Counted from the first letter of the stretch, positions 19,689 through 29,708 are shown. The stretch: 64,000 nucleotides of DNA from Bacteroidales bacterium (GCA_017934185.1 JAGBJY010000047.1:49763-113762), one strand, 5' to 3'. Numbers and translations: made by a program. Notes: generated by a model from the letters alone, not told the origin.

Positions 19689-22147
19689 TATTCGGCAATT
19701 TTAGCGTTCCAGCCCTTGAAGGCAATGCGGGTGGCGGCGGTGGCGCAGTGCACAGAACGCTGCTGCCCGGGCACCAGGGTAAAGAAGTTGTCTTCCCAGA
19801 AGCTGCCGGGAACCAGCTGCCCTTCTTCATCCAGGGCCTTGAGGATATTCTGGTAGGCAATGGTCTCCGAGCTGTTTTCCAGTGTCACGTCAAAGCCGTC
19901 ATCGGCCTTTACAACGGTCATTTTTACGCTGGCCTCGGGAAGGGAGGAGACAAAACGCATGTCGGCGTACTCGTTGATGGGAATGCCCCACCATTCGGCC
20001 TTGTCCCAGGCGTAGTCGTTGCCCTGGGCGGGGATGCAGTAGAAGTTGGAAGCAACAGCATCTCCCGTGAGCTCCAGCTGCACAAAGGCGGGACCTTCCA
20101 CGGCCTCGAAGACCTTGGCGGGCTGGCGCTCCAGGCTGGTGAGGGCCACTTTTTCCTCCCGCACCAACTGGGAATTCACGTCATACACCTTCAGGCTGGC
20201 TTCCACCCTGGCCTCGGGCACGGCGTCGTTTACCACATAGACGCAGTGGTCTTTGTAATTGAACACCAGCTGGACGGGTTTGCAGGCGTTCTTGGCGCCG
20301 TAGTAGCCGGCGGTGGGAATGCCGTACCAGTCGTAGAGCTGCCAGTACAGGGAAGGCCAGGCGCTGTTGAGCATCCACTGAACAATGCCGGTGGTGCGGG
20401 GCAGGTTGCCGCGGAAAGCCTCGTACATGGCCCGCTCGGAGTCGTAGTCCAGGGCGTGGGCCTTGCGCACATAGTCGTCCAGGTCCGTTGCCTCGCCGTA
20501 AATGCCCTTCATCACCTTCTCCTGGAAAGCGGTGGAGTTCATGTGCGAACGGGAAGCCGTGCAGTGGTAGTTCCAATTGGGGCCGATGGGCCAGAGGTCC
20601 TGCTCCCCTACGATGCGGCGGAGGGACTCCTCCTGGGGCAGGTTCAGGCCGGGGCCGGTCTCGGTATTGAAGCCGTAGGCGCCGCCGCGGCGGGTATCCA
20701 CCCACCAGTAGTCCGGACCCACGTATTCATAGGGTCCTTCCATCTTCATGCCCGAAGGGCCGGCCAGGGAAGTCATCCCCTTGGCGGAGCAGATGTAAGG
20801 CCGATAATCTTCTGCGTTGTAAATCTTTAGGTACTCCTCCTCCAGGCGGGCATTGGGGATGCGGTCGCTGCCGGTCATCCAGCCGATGAGGGAGGGGTGG
20901 TTGCGAAGGCGAATCACCTGGTCGTGGAAATAGCGTACGGCAAAGGCCTCGGAACGGGGGTCGTTGATGCAGCCGAAGCCGCGGGTTTCCTTGAGGCCGC
21001 AGTACTCTTCCCACTCCCACTGGCAGCTCCAGCCCACCAGGGACAGGATGCCCAGCTCGTCGCACAGGTCGTACACGGTGTCGTCCTTGCCCCAGATATT
21101 CTCAAAGCGGATGCAGTTGAGGCCCATGTCCCGTACCAGTTCCAGCTGGCCGCGAAGGCTTTCGGGGGTGTCCTGCATGAGGATGTCATCGGCCCAGCCG
21201 CCGGATTTTACCAGCACTTTGCGGCCGTTCAGGATAAAAAGGCGGTGACCAAACTCGTCCACCTCGCTGCTGATGTCCCGGATACCGAAGGTCACTTCCT
21301 TGCTGTGGGAAACGGCCTCCCCTTTTTTGAAGGCCACATTCATGTGATAAAGCTCCGGGGAGCCCATTTCGGCCGTCCACCAGATGCGGGGATTCTGCAC
21401 GGCCTCCTCCACTTTCACGGTGCGGCGCTCCCCTGCCTCCAGCTTCACCGGAAGCTCGAATGCGCCGTCCTCGTACATGCCGCAGAGCGTGCCCTCCACG
21501 GCATGTGAGGAACGGTTCACAACCAAACAATTAACCAACAGCCCGGCTTCAGACAGATTATCCGGGTTTACGACAGGCTTTACAAAAACATCTTCCACCT
21601 CTACGTCGGGGGTGGAGATGAGGCTCACCGGACGGATGATGCCCATGCTCTCGTCCAGCGGACGGGGGTTCCAGTCGGCGTAGCCATGGTTCAGGTCTCC
21701 GCTTTGGGCGCGGCGGAGGGTCACTTTCAGGCTATTGTTGCGCCTCACGAGCGGTGTCACGTCAATTTCCCGCACGCTGAAGGTGCCGCAGGTGGTATCG
21801 GCCGATGCCACCTGCTGGCCGTTGAGCTCGATGTCGGCATAGAAATTCAGGCCCTCGAAACGGAGGATGTGGCTGTTTCCCTTGGTGCCGGCAAAGCGGG
21901 TGGTGTACACCCAGGCGCTGTCAAAGATGCCGCGGTCGATGGCGGCGTAACGGTCCAGTTCCCTGATTTCGGGGCCGAAGAACCCCGCTTCATTGAGGGC
22001 GCCGGCTACGGTGGAGGGGACGCTTACCTGGTACTTGTGAGCATCTCCTTCCCGCTGGAGGGTCCATTGGGTAAGCGGGCCGGAGGAAGGGGCTTTTCCG
22101 CAGGCGGCCAGGGAAAGAAGCATGGCTAAAAGGGCAATTCTTTTCAT
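19688..22147 (-). CDS. GH2 glycoside hydrolase, exo-beta-D-glucosaminidase (CsxA)-like lipoprotein
   Basis: Lipobox MKRIALLAMLLSLAAC (ATG 22147). GH2 motifs RLRNHPS..GWMTGSD (Asp acid/base as in CsxA), FNTETGPG, WMLNSAWPSLYWQLYD. Confidence 0.85.
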   Translation of the reverse strand: MKRIALLAMLLSLAACGKAPSSGPLTQWTLQREGDAHKYQVSVPSTVAGALNEAGFFGPEIRELDRYAAIDRGIFDSAWVYTTRFAGTKGNSHILRFEGLNFYADIELNGQQVASADTTCGTFSVREIDVTPLVRRNNSLKVTLRRAQSGDLNHGYADWNPRPLDESMGIIRPVSLISTPDVEVEDVFVKPVVNPDNLSEAGLLVNCLVVNRSSHAVEGTLCGMYEDGAFELPVKLEAGERRTVKVEEAVQNPRIWWTAEMGSPELYHMNVAFKKGEAVSHSKEVTFGIRDISSEVDEFGHRLFILNGRKVLVKSGGWADDILMQDTPESLRGQLELVRDMGLNCIRFENIWGKDDTVYDLCDELGILSLVGWSCQWEWEEYCGLKETRGFGCINDPRSEAFAVRYFHDQVIRLRNHPSLIGWMTGSDRIPNARLEEEYLKIYNAEDYRPYICSAKGMTSLAGPSGMKMEGPYEYVGPDYWWVDTRRGGAYGFNTETGPGLNLPQEESLRRIVGEQDLWPIGPNWNYHCTASRSHMNSTAFQEKVMKGIYGEATDLDDYVRKAHALDYDSERAMYEAFRGNLPRTTGIVQWMLNSAWPSLYWQLYDWYGIPTAGYYGAKNACKPVQLVFNYKDHCVYVVNDAVPEARVEASLKVYDVNSQLVREEKVALTSLERQPAKVFEAVEGPAFVQLELTGDAVASNFYCIPAQGNDYAWDKAEWWGIPINEYADMRFVSSLPEASVKMTVVKADDGFDVTLENSSETIAYQNILKALDEEGQLVPGSFWEDNFFTLVPGQQRSVHCATAATRIAFKGWNAKIAE

Positions 22148-22160
22148 ACGTGTACGCGCG

Positions 22161-22982
22161 TTAATTAAGGGATGCTGCACCCACCAGGGCCAGTTCGGCC
22201 TCCGGCATTACCCGGATGCTCAGGTCGTCCAGGACGGTGTTGTAGGGAAATTGGTTTCTGAGGCTGTCCCACATGCTTTCGCTGAAATGGCGGAAGGTAT
22301 GGGCAATGCCGCCGCCCAGGACAATGGTGTCGGGGTCGTAGGCATACATGACCACGGAAAGAAACTCGCCCAGATGGGCCCCGAACTCACTGAAGAGGGC
22401 CTTGGCCTGCTCAGAGCCGTTATCGGCCTCCTTGGCCGCTTTCCGGGTGTCGGTGATTCCTTTTCCGGTGAAATATTTTTTGGAGCAGTAGCTCTCGTAG
22501 TCGCGGCCGGCATAGCGGATGGAGGCCATTTCACCGGCGCCGCAATGGGCTCCGCAGAAGAGTTTGCCGCCGGTGACGATGCCCACGCCGGTGCCGGTAC
22601 CCAGGGTAACCGTCACCACCGTGTTGCCTTCTACTTTGGAGGCGGCGCCCAGGGCGTAGCAGTTGGCGTCGTTGTTCACGAAAACCGGAACGCCGAAGCG
22701 CTTTTCCAGGATTTCCTTGATGTGTACCTCCTTCCAGGAAGGAATGTTCATGGCATCGTAAACAATTCCCCGGACGGGATCTACGATAGAGGGAACCCCT
22801 ATGCCTATCTTCTCAACGGCCGGCACAAAAATCTGCTCTACCTGCCGGGCCAAGTAATCCATTGTCTCTTCTACCGTGGCATCTTGAGGAAAGGAGGGAA
22901 CACTGCTTTTTTGAACCACCTCGGTGCCCCTGACGAGCCCCAAAGTGATGGTTGTTCCACCGATATCGATTCCTAGTGTCAT
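22161..22982 (-). CDS. ROK family sugar kinase
   Basis: GIDIGGT, NNDANC, TLGTGTGVG, GAGE motifs; no N-terminal HTH. Confidence 0.92.
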   Translation of the reverse strand: MTLGIDIGGTTITLGLVRGTEVVQKSSVPSFPQDATVEETMDYLARQVEQIFVPAVEKIGIGVPSIVDPVRGIVYDAMNIPSWKEVHIKEILEKRFGVPVFVNNDANCYALGAASKVEGNTVVTVTLGTGTGVGIVTGGKLFCGAHCGAGEMASIRYAGRDYESYCSKKYFTGKGITDTRKAAKEADNGSEQAKALFSEFGAHLGEFLSVVMYAYDPDTIVLGGGIAHTFRHFSESMWDSLRNQFPYNTVLDDLSIRVMPEAELALVGAASLN

Positions 22983-23003
22983 AGTTATAGTAAGTTAGTA
23001 ACG

Positions 23004-23011
23004 CAAAGATA
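23004..23011 (-). promoter_or_regulatory. Bacteroidota sigma-A -7 element for the ROK-led PUL operon
   Basis: TATCTTTG on the minus strand, 21 nt upstream of the ROK ATG, in an AT-rich divergent intergenic region. Confidence 0.65.
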
Positions 23012-23087
23012 CGCTGCAAAAACCTGCTAAAATTACTAAATTTGCGTATTCTTACTCGCAATTTGCGCAAATTTTATAATTATTATG

Positions 23088-23095
23088 TATATTTG
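23088..23095 (+). promoter_or_regulatory. Bacteroidota sigma-A -7 element for the XylR-type regulator
   Basis: TATATTTG with an upstream TTTG at 23062-23065. Confidence 0.55.
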
Positions 23096-23129
23096 CGAGA
23101 ACGATTATTAATATTTTTAATAACAAACA

Positions 23130-24293
23130 ATGCGACTCCTCTTCATGACAGACTTCACCGAGCAATTCCCCTACCGGCTGCTGCGGGGCATCCTCCGCTA
23201 CTCACAAGACAGCGGAGAACACTGGGCGGTGATGAAAATGCCCTCATCCTATAAACGGGAATTCGGTCTCAGAAGGGTGGTGAACATGGCCGAAGCCTGG
23301 CACGCCGACGTGGTAATAGGGCAGTTCGACCCCCAGGACAATGTGAAACTCTTTACCCGCCGGGGCATAGTGGTGATGGCGCAAGACTATATCACCCGGC
23401 TCAGAGACATTCCCAACATCACGGCCAACTACCACAAGATGGGGGCCATGGCCGCCGAAATGTTCATGAACCGGGGCTTCCGGAACTTCGCTTTTGTGGG
23501 GAACAACGGCATGTGCTGGAGCGACGGCCGACTGGAGGGCTTCCGGGAAAGGCTGGCGGAGGCCGGATTCTCGGACAGCCTCACGGTTTACGACAAACAA
23601 CGCGTAAGCAACCTCTGGTTCTACAACCAGGCGTGGCTCAATGACTGGCTGCTGTCGCTGCCCAAACCCATCGGCATCATGGCCTGCGACGACAACCAGG
23701 CCGGCATTGTGGTGGAAGCCTGCAACAGCTGCGGCATCCGCGTTCCCTTCGATGCCGCCGTCATCGGCGTGGACAACGACGAAATTGCCTGCAACATGAC
23801 GGACCCGGCCCTTTCTTCCATTGACGTAGACATTGAGCGCGGAGGCTATGAGGCGGCCCAGATGGCTGCCCGCATGGTCCGGGACCGCTCCTACAAGGGG
23901 GAAGACATTGTGCTGCAGCCCATTTCCATCATAGACCGCACCTCGTCCAACGTGATTGCCACCGAAGACCTTGCCGTGCACGCCGCCTTGCAGTATATCA
24001 ATGCCCACATCGACCACAAAATCCAGGTGAGCGACATCCTGAAGGAAGTACCCATGAGCCGGCGCCTCCTGGAGCAGCGTTTCCTGAAGGCCACCGGCAC
24101 CACCATCTACCGGTTCATCGTGCAGATGCGCATCAACCGCTTTGCCCAGCTGCTCCTTTCCAGCAAAGACTCCATTGCCGACATTGCCGCCCGCATGGAC
24201 GAACCCGATTCCAAAAACCTGGCACGCCGCTTCCAGGCCGTGAAAGGATGTACTCCTTCGGCCTACAGGAAGCAGATGCAAAAGAAAAGTTAG
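23130..24293 (+). CDS. XylR-type transcriptional regulator (periplasmic-binding-fold sensor plus AraC HTH)
   Basis: LPKPIGIMACDD, VIGVDND...DPALSSID, C-terminal AraC (MSRRLLEQRF...GCTPSAYRK); divergent from the PUL. Confidence 0.92.
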   Translation: MRLLFMTDFTEQFPYRLLRGILRYSQDSGEHWAVMKMPSSYKREFGLRRVVNMAEAWHADVVIGQFDPQDNVKLFTRRGIVVMAQDYITRLRDIPNITANYHKMGAMAAEMFMNRGFRNFAFVGNNGMCWSDGRLEGFRERLAEAGFSDSLTVYDKQRVSNLWFYNQAWLNDWLLSLPKPIGIMACDDNQAGIVVEACNSCGIRVPFDAAVIGVDNDEIACNMTDPALSSIDVDIERGGYEAAQMAARMVRDRSYKGEDIVLQPISIIDRTSSNVIATEDLAVHAALQYINAHIDHKIQVSDILKEVPMSRRLLEQRFLKATGTTIYRFIVQMRINRFAQLLLSSKDSIADIAARMDEPDSKNLARRFQAVKGCTPSAYRKQMQKKS

Positions 24294-25588
24294 AAGGTGT
24301 TCACCGTCTCCATGGCGGTGGGCGCCGGCCAGTGGGCAATGAGCCAGGCCTTGTAGTCTTCCCAGCGGTAGTACGGGAAGCCGTCCAGGCCCAGGATGCG
24401 GGTTTCACGCTCATTCAGCAGGGGTTTTACCAGCACGTCCCCTTTCCGGTTGCGGTAGAAAATGAGCTGGATGTTGGCGGCAAAAGGCGTATAGCGCCAG
24501 CCGGGCCAGTCCAGGCACTCCGTAGCCGTGTAGCGCTGGGCAATGCCGTCCAGGCCCAGGCGGGACCCAAGGGCAAGTACCTGATAATCATGGCCGAAGC
24601 GAAGGTCGGCGGCCACTTCTGCGCCCGCGATGGCGGCATCGGCCTTTTCAATGATGTCCGTGATGAGGGGATCTACCGAAGGCATGCGGTCGTCGCCGAA
24701 CTCCACGGAGTTGCACTGCCGGAGGTAGAAACTCAGGGCCACATACTGCTCATAGGCGCAGAGTTCCTCCAGGGAGAAAAGGCGGAAGAGGCGGTCGTCC
24801 AGGCCGAAAGCCGACGTGGTGGTGCCCATGTCAAAGGTTTCCTGCATGAGGGTAACGGGGTTGCCGGTGAGGGCCCGGCCCTTGGCCACATCCGTAAAGA
24901 TGCGCGCCATAAAGGCCGATGTATCCGGCACATGCGTCTGGCGGTGGCGGGCCAGGATGCGCTTGACGCTGTCGGTTACCGGGCGCGGAGAGTCGGTGGA
25001 GAGGATTTTCATGAGCTCCTCGCCGGTGTCCAGGCTGATGACAAGGTCGCCCTGGCAGGAAAGGAGTTCGCCGGTAAAGGAGGCCATGCTCACCAGTACG
25101 CGGGGCACCACGCTGGAGCGGGCGGTAATTTTTTTGCTGCCCTTGGTGAACACCCGCTTGTAGCTGCGGTACATGCGTCCGGCAATGTCGCGGTGCTCCT
25201 GCACGCCCAGCGGGGACAGGCGGCCATCCATGTTGTCATGGATGCGGATGGCCTCGTCTATCTGCTCCTTGGCGGCCAGGCCTTCGGGGGTGAGCACACC
25301 GGCCTGGGCCGCTGCGGCATACTTTTTCTGCACGGAGGCGTACTTCTTCCCGGCCCAGTTGCTGCGGGCGCCATGCCGGCCGTAGTGGCTGATAGAGAAG
25401 GGTTTGTACCCGCTCGGCGCCGGGGTCCGGGGACCGGGGGCGTATTCGTAGTGCACCTCGTTCAGGGCAGCCCGGAAGAGGTTGGCCTGAATATCGGCCT
25501 TGAGGGCCTCATGGCTGGGCAGGGTCTGTTCAGACTGCGCCGCGGCCAGCACCGGCAGCAGCAGTAAAAGCAGCAGTGTTTTTTTCAT
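24290..25588 (-). CDS. Secreted histidine acid phosphatase (clade 2, phytase-like)
   Basis: SHYGRHGAR and LRFGHD motifs, ANIQLIFYR; signal peptide. Confidence 0.88.
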   Translation of the reverse strand: MKKTLLLLLLLPVLAAAQSEQTLPSHEALKADIQANLFRAALNEVHYEYAPGPRTPAPSGYKPFSISHYGRHGARSNWAGKKYASVQKKYAAAAQAGVLTPEGLAAKEQIDEAIRIHDNMDGRLSPLGVQEHRDIAGRMYRSYKRVFTKGSKKITARSSVVPRVLVSMASFTGELLSCQGDLVISLDTGEELMKILSTDSPRPVTDSVKRILARHRQTHVPDTSAFMARIFTDVAKGRALTGNPVTLMQETFDMGTTTSAFGLDDRLFRLFSLEELCAYEQYVALSFYLRQCNSVEFGDDRMPSVDPLITDIIEKADAAIAGAEVAADLRFGHDYQVLALGSRLGLDGIAQRYTATECLDWPGWRYTPFAANIQLIFYRNRKGDVLVKPLLNERETRILGLDGFPYYRWEDYKAWLIAHWPAPTAMETVNTF

Positions 25589-25589
25589 A

Positions 25590-27779
25590 CTAATGGAGCA
25601 TTACGGTTAGGCCGGCCATTACGATGGAGACCATGCTCATGAGCTTGATAAGGATGTTCAGGGACGGGCCGGAGGTGTCTTTGAACGGGTCGCCCACGGT
25701 GTCACCTACCACAGTGGCATGGTGGCTGGAGGAGTTCTTGCCGCCAAAGTGGCCTTCCTCCACGTACTTCTTGGCATTGTCCCAGGCACCGCCGGAGTTG
25801 GCCAGGAAAATGGCCAGCACGAATCCGGCACCGAGGCCGCCGGAGAGAAGGCCAATCACACCGGCAGGACCCAGAATCACGCCCACCAGCATGGGAACGA
25901 TGATGGCAAGGAGGCTGGGGAAAACCATCTCGTGCTGGGCAGCCTTGGTGGAAATGCGCACGCAGGAGGTGTAGTCCGGACGCTGCTTGCCTTCCAGGAT
26001 GCCCGCAATCTCGCGGAACTGGCGGCGCACCTCAATGACCATCTTCTGGGCGGCACGGCCCACGGCGTTCATGGTGAGGCCGCAGAAGAGGAAGGCCATC
26101 ATGGCGCCGATGAAAACGCCCACCAGCACCATGGGGTTCATGAGGGTAATGTCGTAGTAGTTAACGATATCCGTAATGGAGGCGTTCACGGTTTCAACGG
26201 TCTTGTCCCCCACTTCCAGCACGGTTTTGCCAATGTGGCCCAGGCCAATCTTGATTTCCTCAATGTAAGAGGCCAGAAGGGCCAGGGCGGTAAGGGCGGC
26301 AGAGCCGATGGCGAAGCCCTTTCCGGTGGCGGCGGTGGTGTTGCCAAGGCTGTCCAGGATGTCCGTCTTTTCACGCACGGAAGGGTCCAGTTCGCTCATC
26401 TGGGCGTTGCCGCCGGCATTGTCGGCGATGGGGCCGTAAGCGTCGGTGGCCAGGGTGATGCCCAGGGTGGAAAGCATGCCCACCGCGGCGATGGAAATGC
26501 CGTAGAGGCCCATGGAGAGTGTATCCACGCCATAGTGGAAGCCCGTGGCAAAGCCATAGGCCAGCAGGATGGCGCAGGCAATGGTGAATACCGGCACGGC
26601 GGTGGAAATCATGCCCAGGCCCACACCGTTGATAATCACGGTTGCGGGACCGGTCTGGGCGCTTTCGGCCAGCTTCTGCGTGGGTTTGTAAGAATGGGAA
26701 GTGTAATACTCTGTTACTTTGCCGATGATAACGCCGGCAACAAGGCCGCTAATCACGCTAAGGGACATCTGCCACCAGTTGGGGAAACCCAGCAGGTAGA
26801 AAACCCCGAAGCTGAGCACGGCAATAAGGATGGCGCTGAGGTTGGTGCCCACGGAGAGGGAACCCAACAGGTCCTGAAGCGTTGCCCCTTCCTTGGTGCG
26901 AACGGCGTAAATGCCTATGACAGAGAGCACTACGCCAATGGCCGCAATGAGCATGGGGGCAAAGATGGCCCGCATCTGCACGGCCGTTCCGTCCTGGAAG
27001 AAGGCCGATGCCCCCAGGGCCATGGTGGCAAGGATGGAGCCGCAGTAGCTCTCGTAAAGGTCGGCGCCCATACCGGCCACGTCACCCACGTTGTCGCCCA
27101 CGTTGTCGGCGATGGTGGCGGGGTTGCGCGGGTCGTCTTCCGGGATATCCTGCTCTACCTTACCCACAATGTCGGCGCCCACATCGGCCGCTTTGGTGTA
27201 AATGCCGCCGCCCACGCGGGCAAAGAGAGCCTGCGTAGAGGCACCCATGCCGAAGGTGAGCATGGTGGTGGTAATGACCACCAGGGTCTGGGCGGGCGAG
27301 GCTTCCTCCACGAAAGCATTGAGGATGAGCCACCAGATGGAGATATCCAGCAGGCCCAGGCCCACCACGGTGAGGCCCATCACGGCGCCGCTGCGGAAAG
27401 CAATCTTAAGGCCGGAGTTGAGGCTGCGCATGGTGGCATTGGCCGTACGGGCACTGGCGAAGGTGGCCGTTTTCATGCCCACGAAACCGGCCAGGCCGCT
27501 GAAGAAACCGCCGGTTAAGAAGGCAAACGGCACCCAGGGATTCTGCACATGGAAACCGTAGGCCAGCACGGCAAACAACACGGCCAGCACGGCAAATACA
27601 ATGATTACCACTTTGTACTGCTGCTTAAGGTATGCCATAGCGCCCTCCCGCACGTACTGGGCAATTTCTTTCATGGTGGGTGTGCCTTCGCTCTCCTTCA
27701 TCATCTGCTTGAAGAAAAGGTACGCGAACAGCAGGGCAATCACGGCTGCCACGGGCACAAAATAAAATAGGTAGGTCAT
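25590..27779 (-). CDS. hppA: Membrane-bound K+-dependent Na+(/H+)-translocating pyrophosphatase
   Basis: [33 protein letters not shown] (Ala = K+-dependent type), [14 protein letters not shown]. Confidence 0.96.
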   Translation of the reverse strand: MTYLFYFVPVAAVIALLFAYLFFKQMMKESEGTPTMKEIAQYVREGAMAYLKQQYKVVIIVFAVLAVLFAVLAYGFHVQNPWVPFAFLTGGFFSGLAGFVGMKTATFASARTANATMRSLNSGLKIAFRSGAVMGLTVVGLGLLDISIWWLILNAFVEEASPAQTLVVITTTMLTFGMGASTQALFARVGGGIYTKAADVGADIVGKVEQDIPEDDPRNPATIADNVGDNVGDVAGMGADLYESYCGSILATMALGASAFFQDGTAVQMRAIFAPMLIAAIGVVLSVIGIYAVRTKEGATLQDLLGSLSVGTNLSAILIAVLSFGVFYLLGFPNWWQMSLSVISGLVAGVIIGKVTEYYTSHSYKPTQKLAESAQTGPATVIINGVGLGMISTAVPVFTIACAILLAYGFATGFHYGVDTLSMGLYGISIAAVGMLSTLGITLATDAYGPIADNAGGNAQMSELDPSVREKTDILDSLGNTTAATGKGFAIGSAALTALALLASYIEEIKIGLGHIGKTVLEVGDKTVETVNASITDIVNYYDITLMNPMVLVGVFIGAMMAFLFCGLTMNAVGRAAQKMVIEVRRQFREIAGILEGKQRPDYTSCVRISTKAAQHEMVFPSLLAIIVPMLVGVILGPAGVIGLLSGGLGAGFVLAIFLANSGGAWDNAKKYVEEGHFGGKNSSSHHATVVGDTVGDPFKDTSGPSLNILIKLMSMVSIVMAGLTVMLH

Positions 27780-27794
27780 CGTTTTATTTGTTAG

Positions 27795-28274
27795 TTAATC
27801 TTTCCACTGGGTAAACGGGAGCTTTGTGAGGGAGGAATTGTAGTAGCGACGGTCACCGGTGACTTCTTCCCCCAGCCAGGCCGGGCGGTCAAAGGGCTCT
27901 TCCTCGCTTCCGAGCTCAATTTCCGCCACCACCAGGCCCTCATTGGCCCCGTGGAAGCGGTCCACCTCCCAGGTGTGCACCCCGTCGGTGTTCTTGACAA
28001 GGTAACGGGTTTTGTCAATAAGGCCCGGCTCACAAAGCGCCAGGAGCTGTTTGGCATCATCGGCCGATATCTCTTTCTCCCACTCAAACCGCGTGAGGCC
28101 GTTGTTCACGGACGGACCCTTGATGGTGAGGAAGGCCTGATGGTCGCGGATGCGCACCCGCACCGACCGTCCCGGAGCACGGCTGATGTACCCCTGGGTG
28201 ATGCGATAGCTACGGAAAGCCTCTTCCTGGAAGCCCTCTTTCACCAGAAATTTCCGTTCAATCTCTAAGGCCAT
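27795..28274 (-). CDS. CYTH domain protein (triphosphate tunnel metalloenzyme)
   Basis: EIERKFLV, RVRI, LTIKG, EWE, KTRY, WEVD.F.G.N.GL..AEIEL, WLGEEVTGD.RY.N. Confidence 0.93.
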   Translation of the reverse strand: MALEIERKFLVKEGFQEEAFRSYRITQGYISRAPGRSVRVRIRDHQAFLTIKGPSVNNGLTRFEWEKEISADDAKQLLALCEPGLIDKTRYLVKNTDGVHTWEVDRFHGANEGLVVAEIELGSEEEPFDRPAWLGEEVTGDRRYYNSSLTKLPFTQWKD

Positions 28275-28480
28275 AACGCTGGTTTGACCCGTAAAGGTAC
28301 GAAAAAATATCGTAACCTGTACTTATCCGCCCCTCGGCAGGCCGTCGGCCGATGAGGTCACAACACCCATATAGTAAATGGTTAATAGTCCGTGCCAGCT
28401 TTGCGGCATAGCGTTGCAAATTTACTTTGTGGGCACGGAACGCCCCGAAACAAATGTGGCAGAGAAAGACGCATCGATTT

Positions 28481-28592
28481 TGCAAAAGGTCGGATTTGAT
28501 GCCGCACACCTTTTGCAGCATTTCTGGCTCTCATCGGCCTGCACCCCATAATACATGCAAAAGGCCGGACTCATGGAATCCGACCTTTTGCA
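28481..28592. repeat. Pair of 37-bp palindromic REP-like units bounded by 16-bp perfect inverted repeats
   Basis: 28481-28517 TGCAAAAGGT...ACCTTTTGCA and 28556-28592 TGCAAAAGGCCGGA...TCCGACCTTTTGCA. 28481-28496 is the exact reverse complement of 28577-28592. Confidence 0.75.
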
Positions 28593-28614
28593 GTGTCTCA
28601 TTATTGAACAGGCG

Positions 28615-29649
28615 CTACACTTCCGTGGCGGTGGCAAACTCGGAGAGGAAGCGCATGTCGTTCTCGAAGTAGTGGCGGAGGTCGTTCACCTGCCACTTGA
28701 GCATGGCAATGCGCTCTACGCCCATACCGAAGGCGAAGCCGGAGTACTCAGTAGGGTCTATGCCGCTGGCCTTGAGGACGTTAGGGTCTACCATGCCGCA
28801 GCCCATGATTTCCAGCCAGCCGGTGCCTTTGCAGATGTTGCAGCCCTTGCCGTGGCAGATGTTGCAGCTTACGTCCACCTCGGCGGAAGGTTCCGTGAAG
28901 GGGAAGTAGGACGGACGCATGCGAATCTCGGTGTCCGGACCGAACATCTCGCGGGCAAAGAGCAGGATGGCCTGTTTAAGGTCTGCGAAGGTAACGTTCT
29001 TGTCAATGTACAGGCCTTCCACCTGATGGAAAATGCAGTGGGCGCGGGCCGATATGGCCTCGTTGCGGAAAACGCGGCCGGGGCACACCACGCGGATGGG
29101 AAGACTCTGGCTTTCCATGGTGCGCACCTGCACGGAAGAGGTGTGGGTGCGAAGCAGCAGCGGATTCAGGTGGCCGGTTGACACAAAGAAGGTGTCCTGC
29201 ATCTCGCGGGCCGGGTGGTTGGGCGGGAAGTTCAGGGCCTCGAACACGTGGTAGTCGTCCTCAATTTCGGGACCTTCGGCCACGTCGTAGCCAAACTTGC
29301 GGAAGATGTCCACAATCTGCTGGCGCACAATGGATACCGGATGACGGCTGCCCAGCTGGAAAGCGTCCCCGGGCATGGTGAGGTCTTCCTTGGGAGCATC
29401 GGCCACCTCGCTATCTTCCACCTTGAATTTGAGTTCTTCGATGCGGGCGTTGGCGGCCTTTTTGAGTTCGTTCAGCTTCTGGCCGTATTCGCGTTTGAGC
29501 TCCGGGGCCACGCCGCGGAATTCCTCCATGAGGGCGGTGATTTCGCCCTTCTTGCCCAGAAAACGGATGCGGGCTTCTTCCACTTCTTTCTGGCTGGCTG
29601 CCTTCAGCTCATTCAGTTCGGCAAATATCTTCTCAATTTGTTCTTTCAT
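28615..29649 (-). CDS. pheS: Phenylalanine--tRNA ligase alpha subunit
   Basis: HPAREMQDTF, LRTHTS, FHQVEGL, RPSYFPFTEPSAEVD, GFAFGMGVERIAML. Confidence 0.98.
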   Translation of the reverse strand: MKEQIEKIFAELNELKAASQKEVEEARIRFLGKKGEITALMEEFRGVAPELKREYGQKLNELKKAANARIEELKFKVEDSEVADAPKEDLTMPGDAFQLGSRHPVSIVRQQIVDIFRKFGYDVAEGPEIEDDYHVFEALNFPPNHPAREMQDTFFVSTGHLNPLLLRTHTSSVQVRTMESQSLPIRVVCPGRVFRNEAISARAHCIFHQVEGLYIDKNVTFADLKQAILLFAREMFGPDTEIRMRPSYFPFTEPSAEVDVSCNICHGKGCNICKGTGWLEIMGCGMVDPNVLKASGIDPTEYSGFAFGMGVERIAMLKWQVNDLRHYFENDMRFLSEFATATEV

Positions 29650-29699
29650 AACTTTAAGGTATGAGATTCTTCGCTTTGCTCAGAATGACAATTAGGATG

Positions 29700-29707
29700 C
29701 AAAGTTA
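29700..29707 (-). promoter_or_regulatory. Sigma-A -7 element upstream of pheS
   Basis: TAACTTTG on the minus strand, 50 nt upstream of the pheS ATG. Confidence 0.55.
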
Positions 29708-29708
29708 A

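Noticed and set aside
455-22976. Long plus-strand ORFs (e.g. 8157..11399, 11281..14403, 6366..8132)
   Set aside because: Antisense shadows of GC3-biased minus-strand genes; no motifs or signal peptides. The same applies to similar shadow ORFs elsewhere in the window.
28481-28592. 37-bp repeats with a 38-nt spacer read as a mini-CRISPR
   Set aside because: Only two units, divergent in the middle, best matched in inverted orientation; no cas genes or leader.
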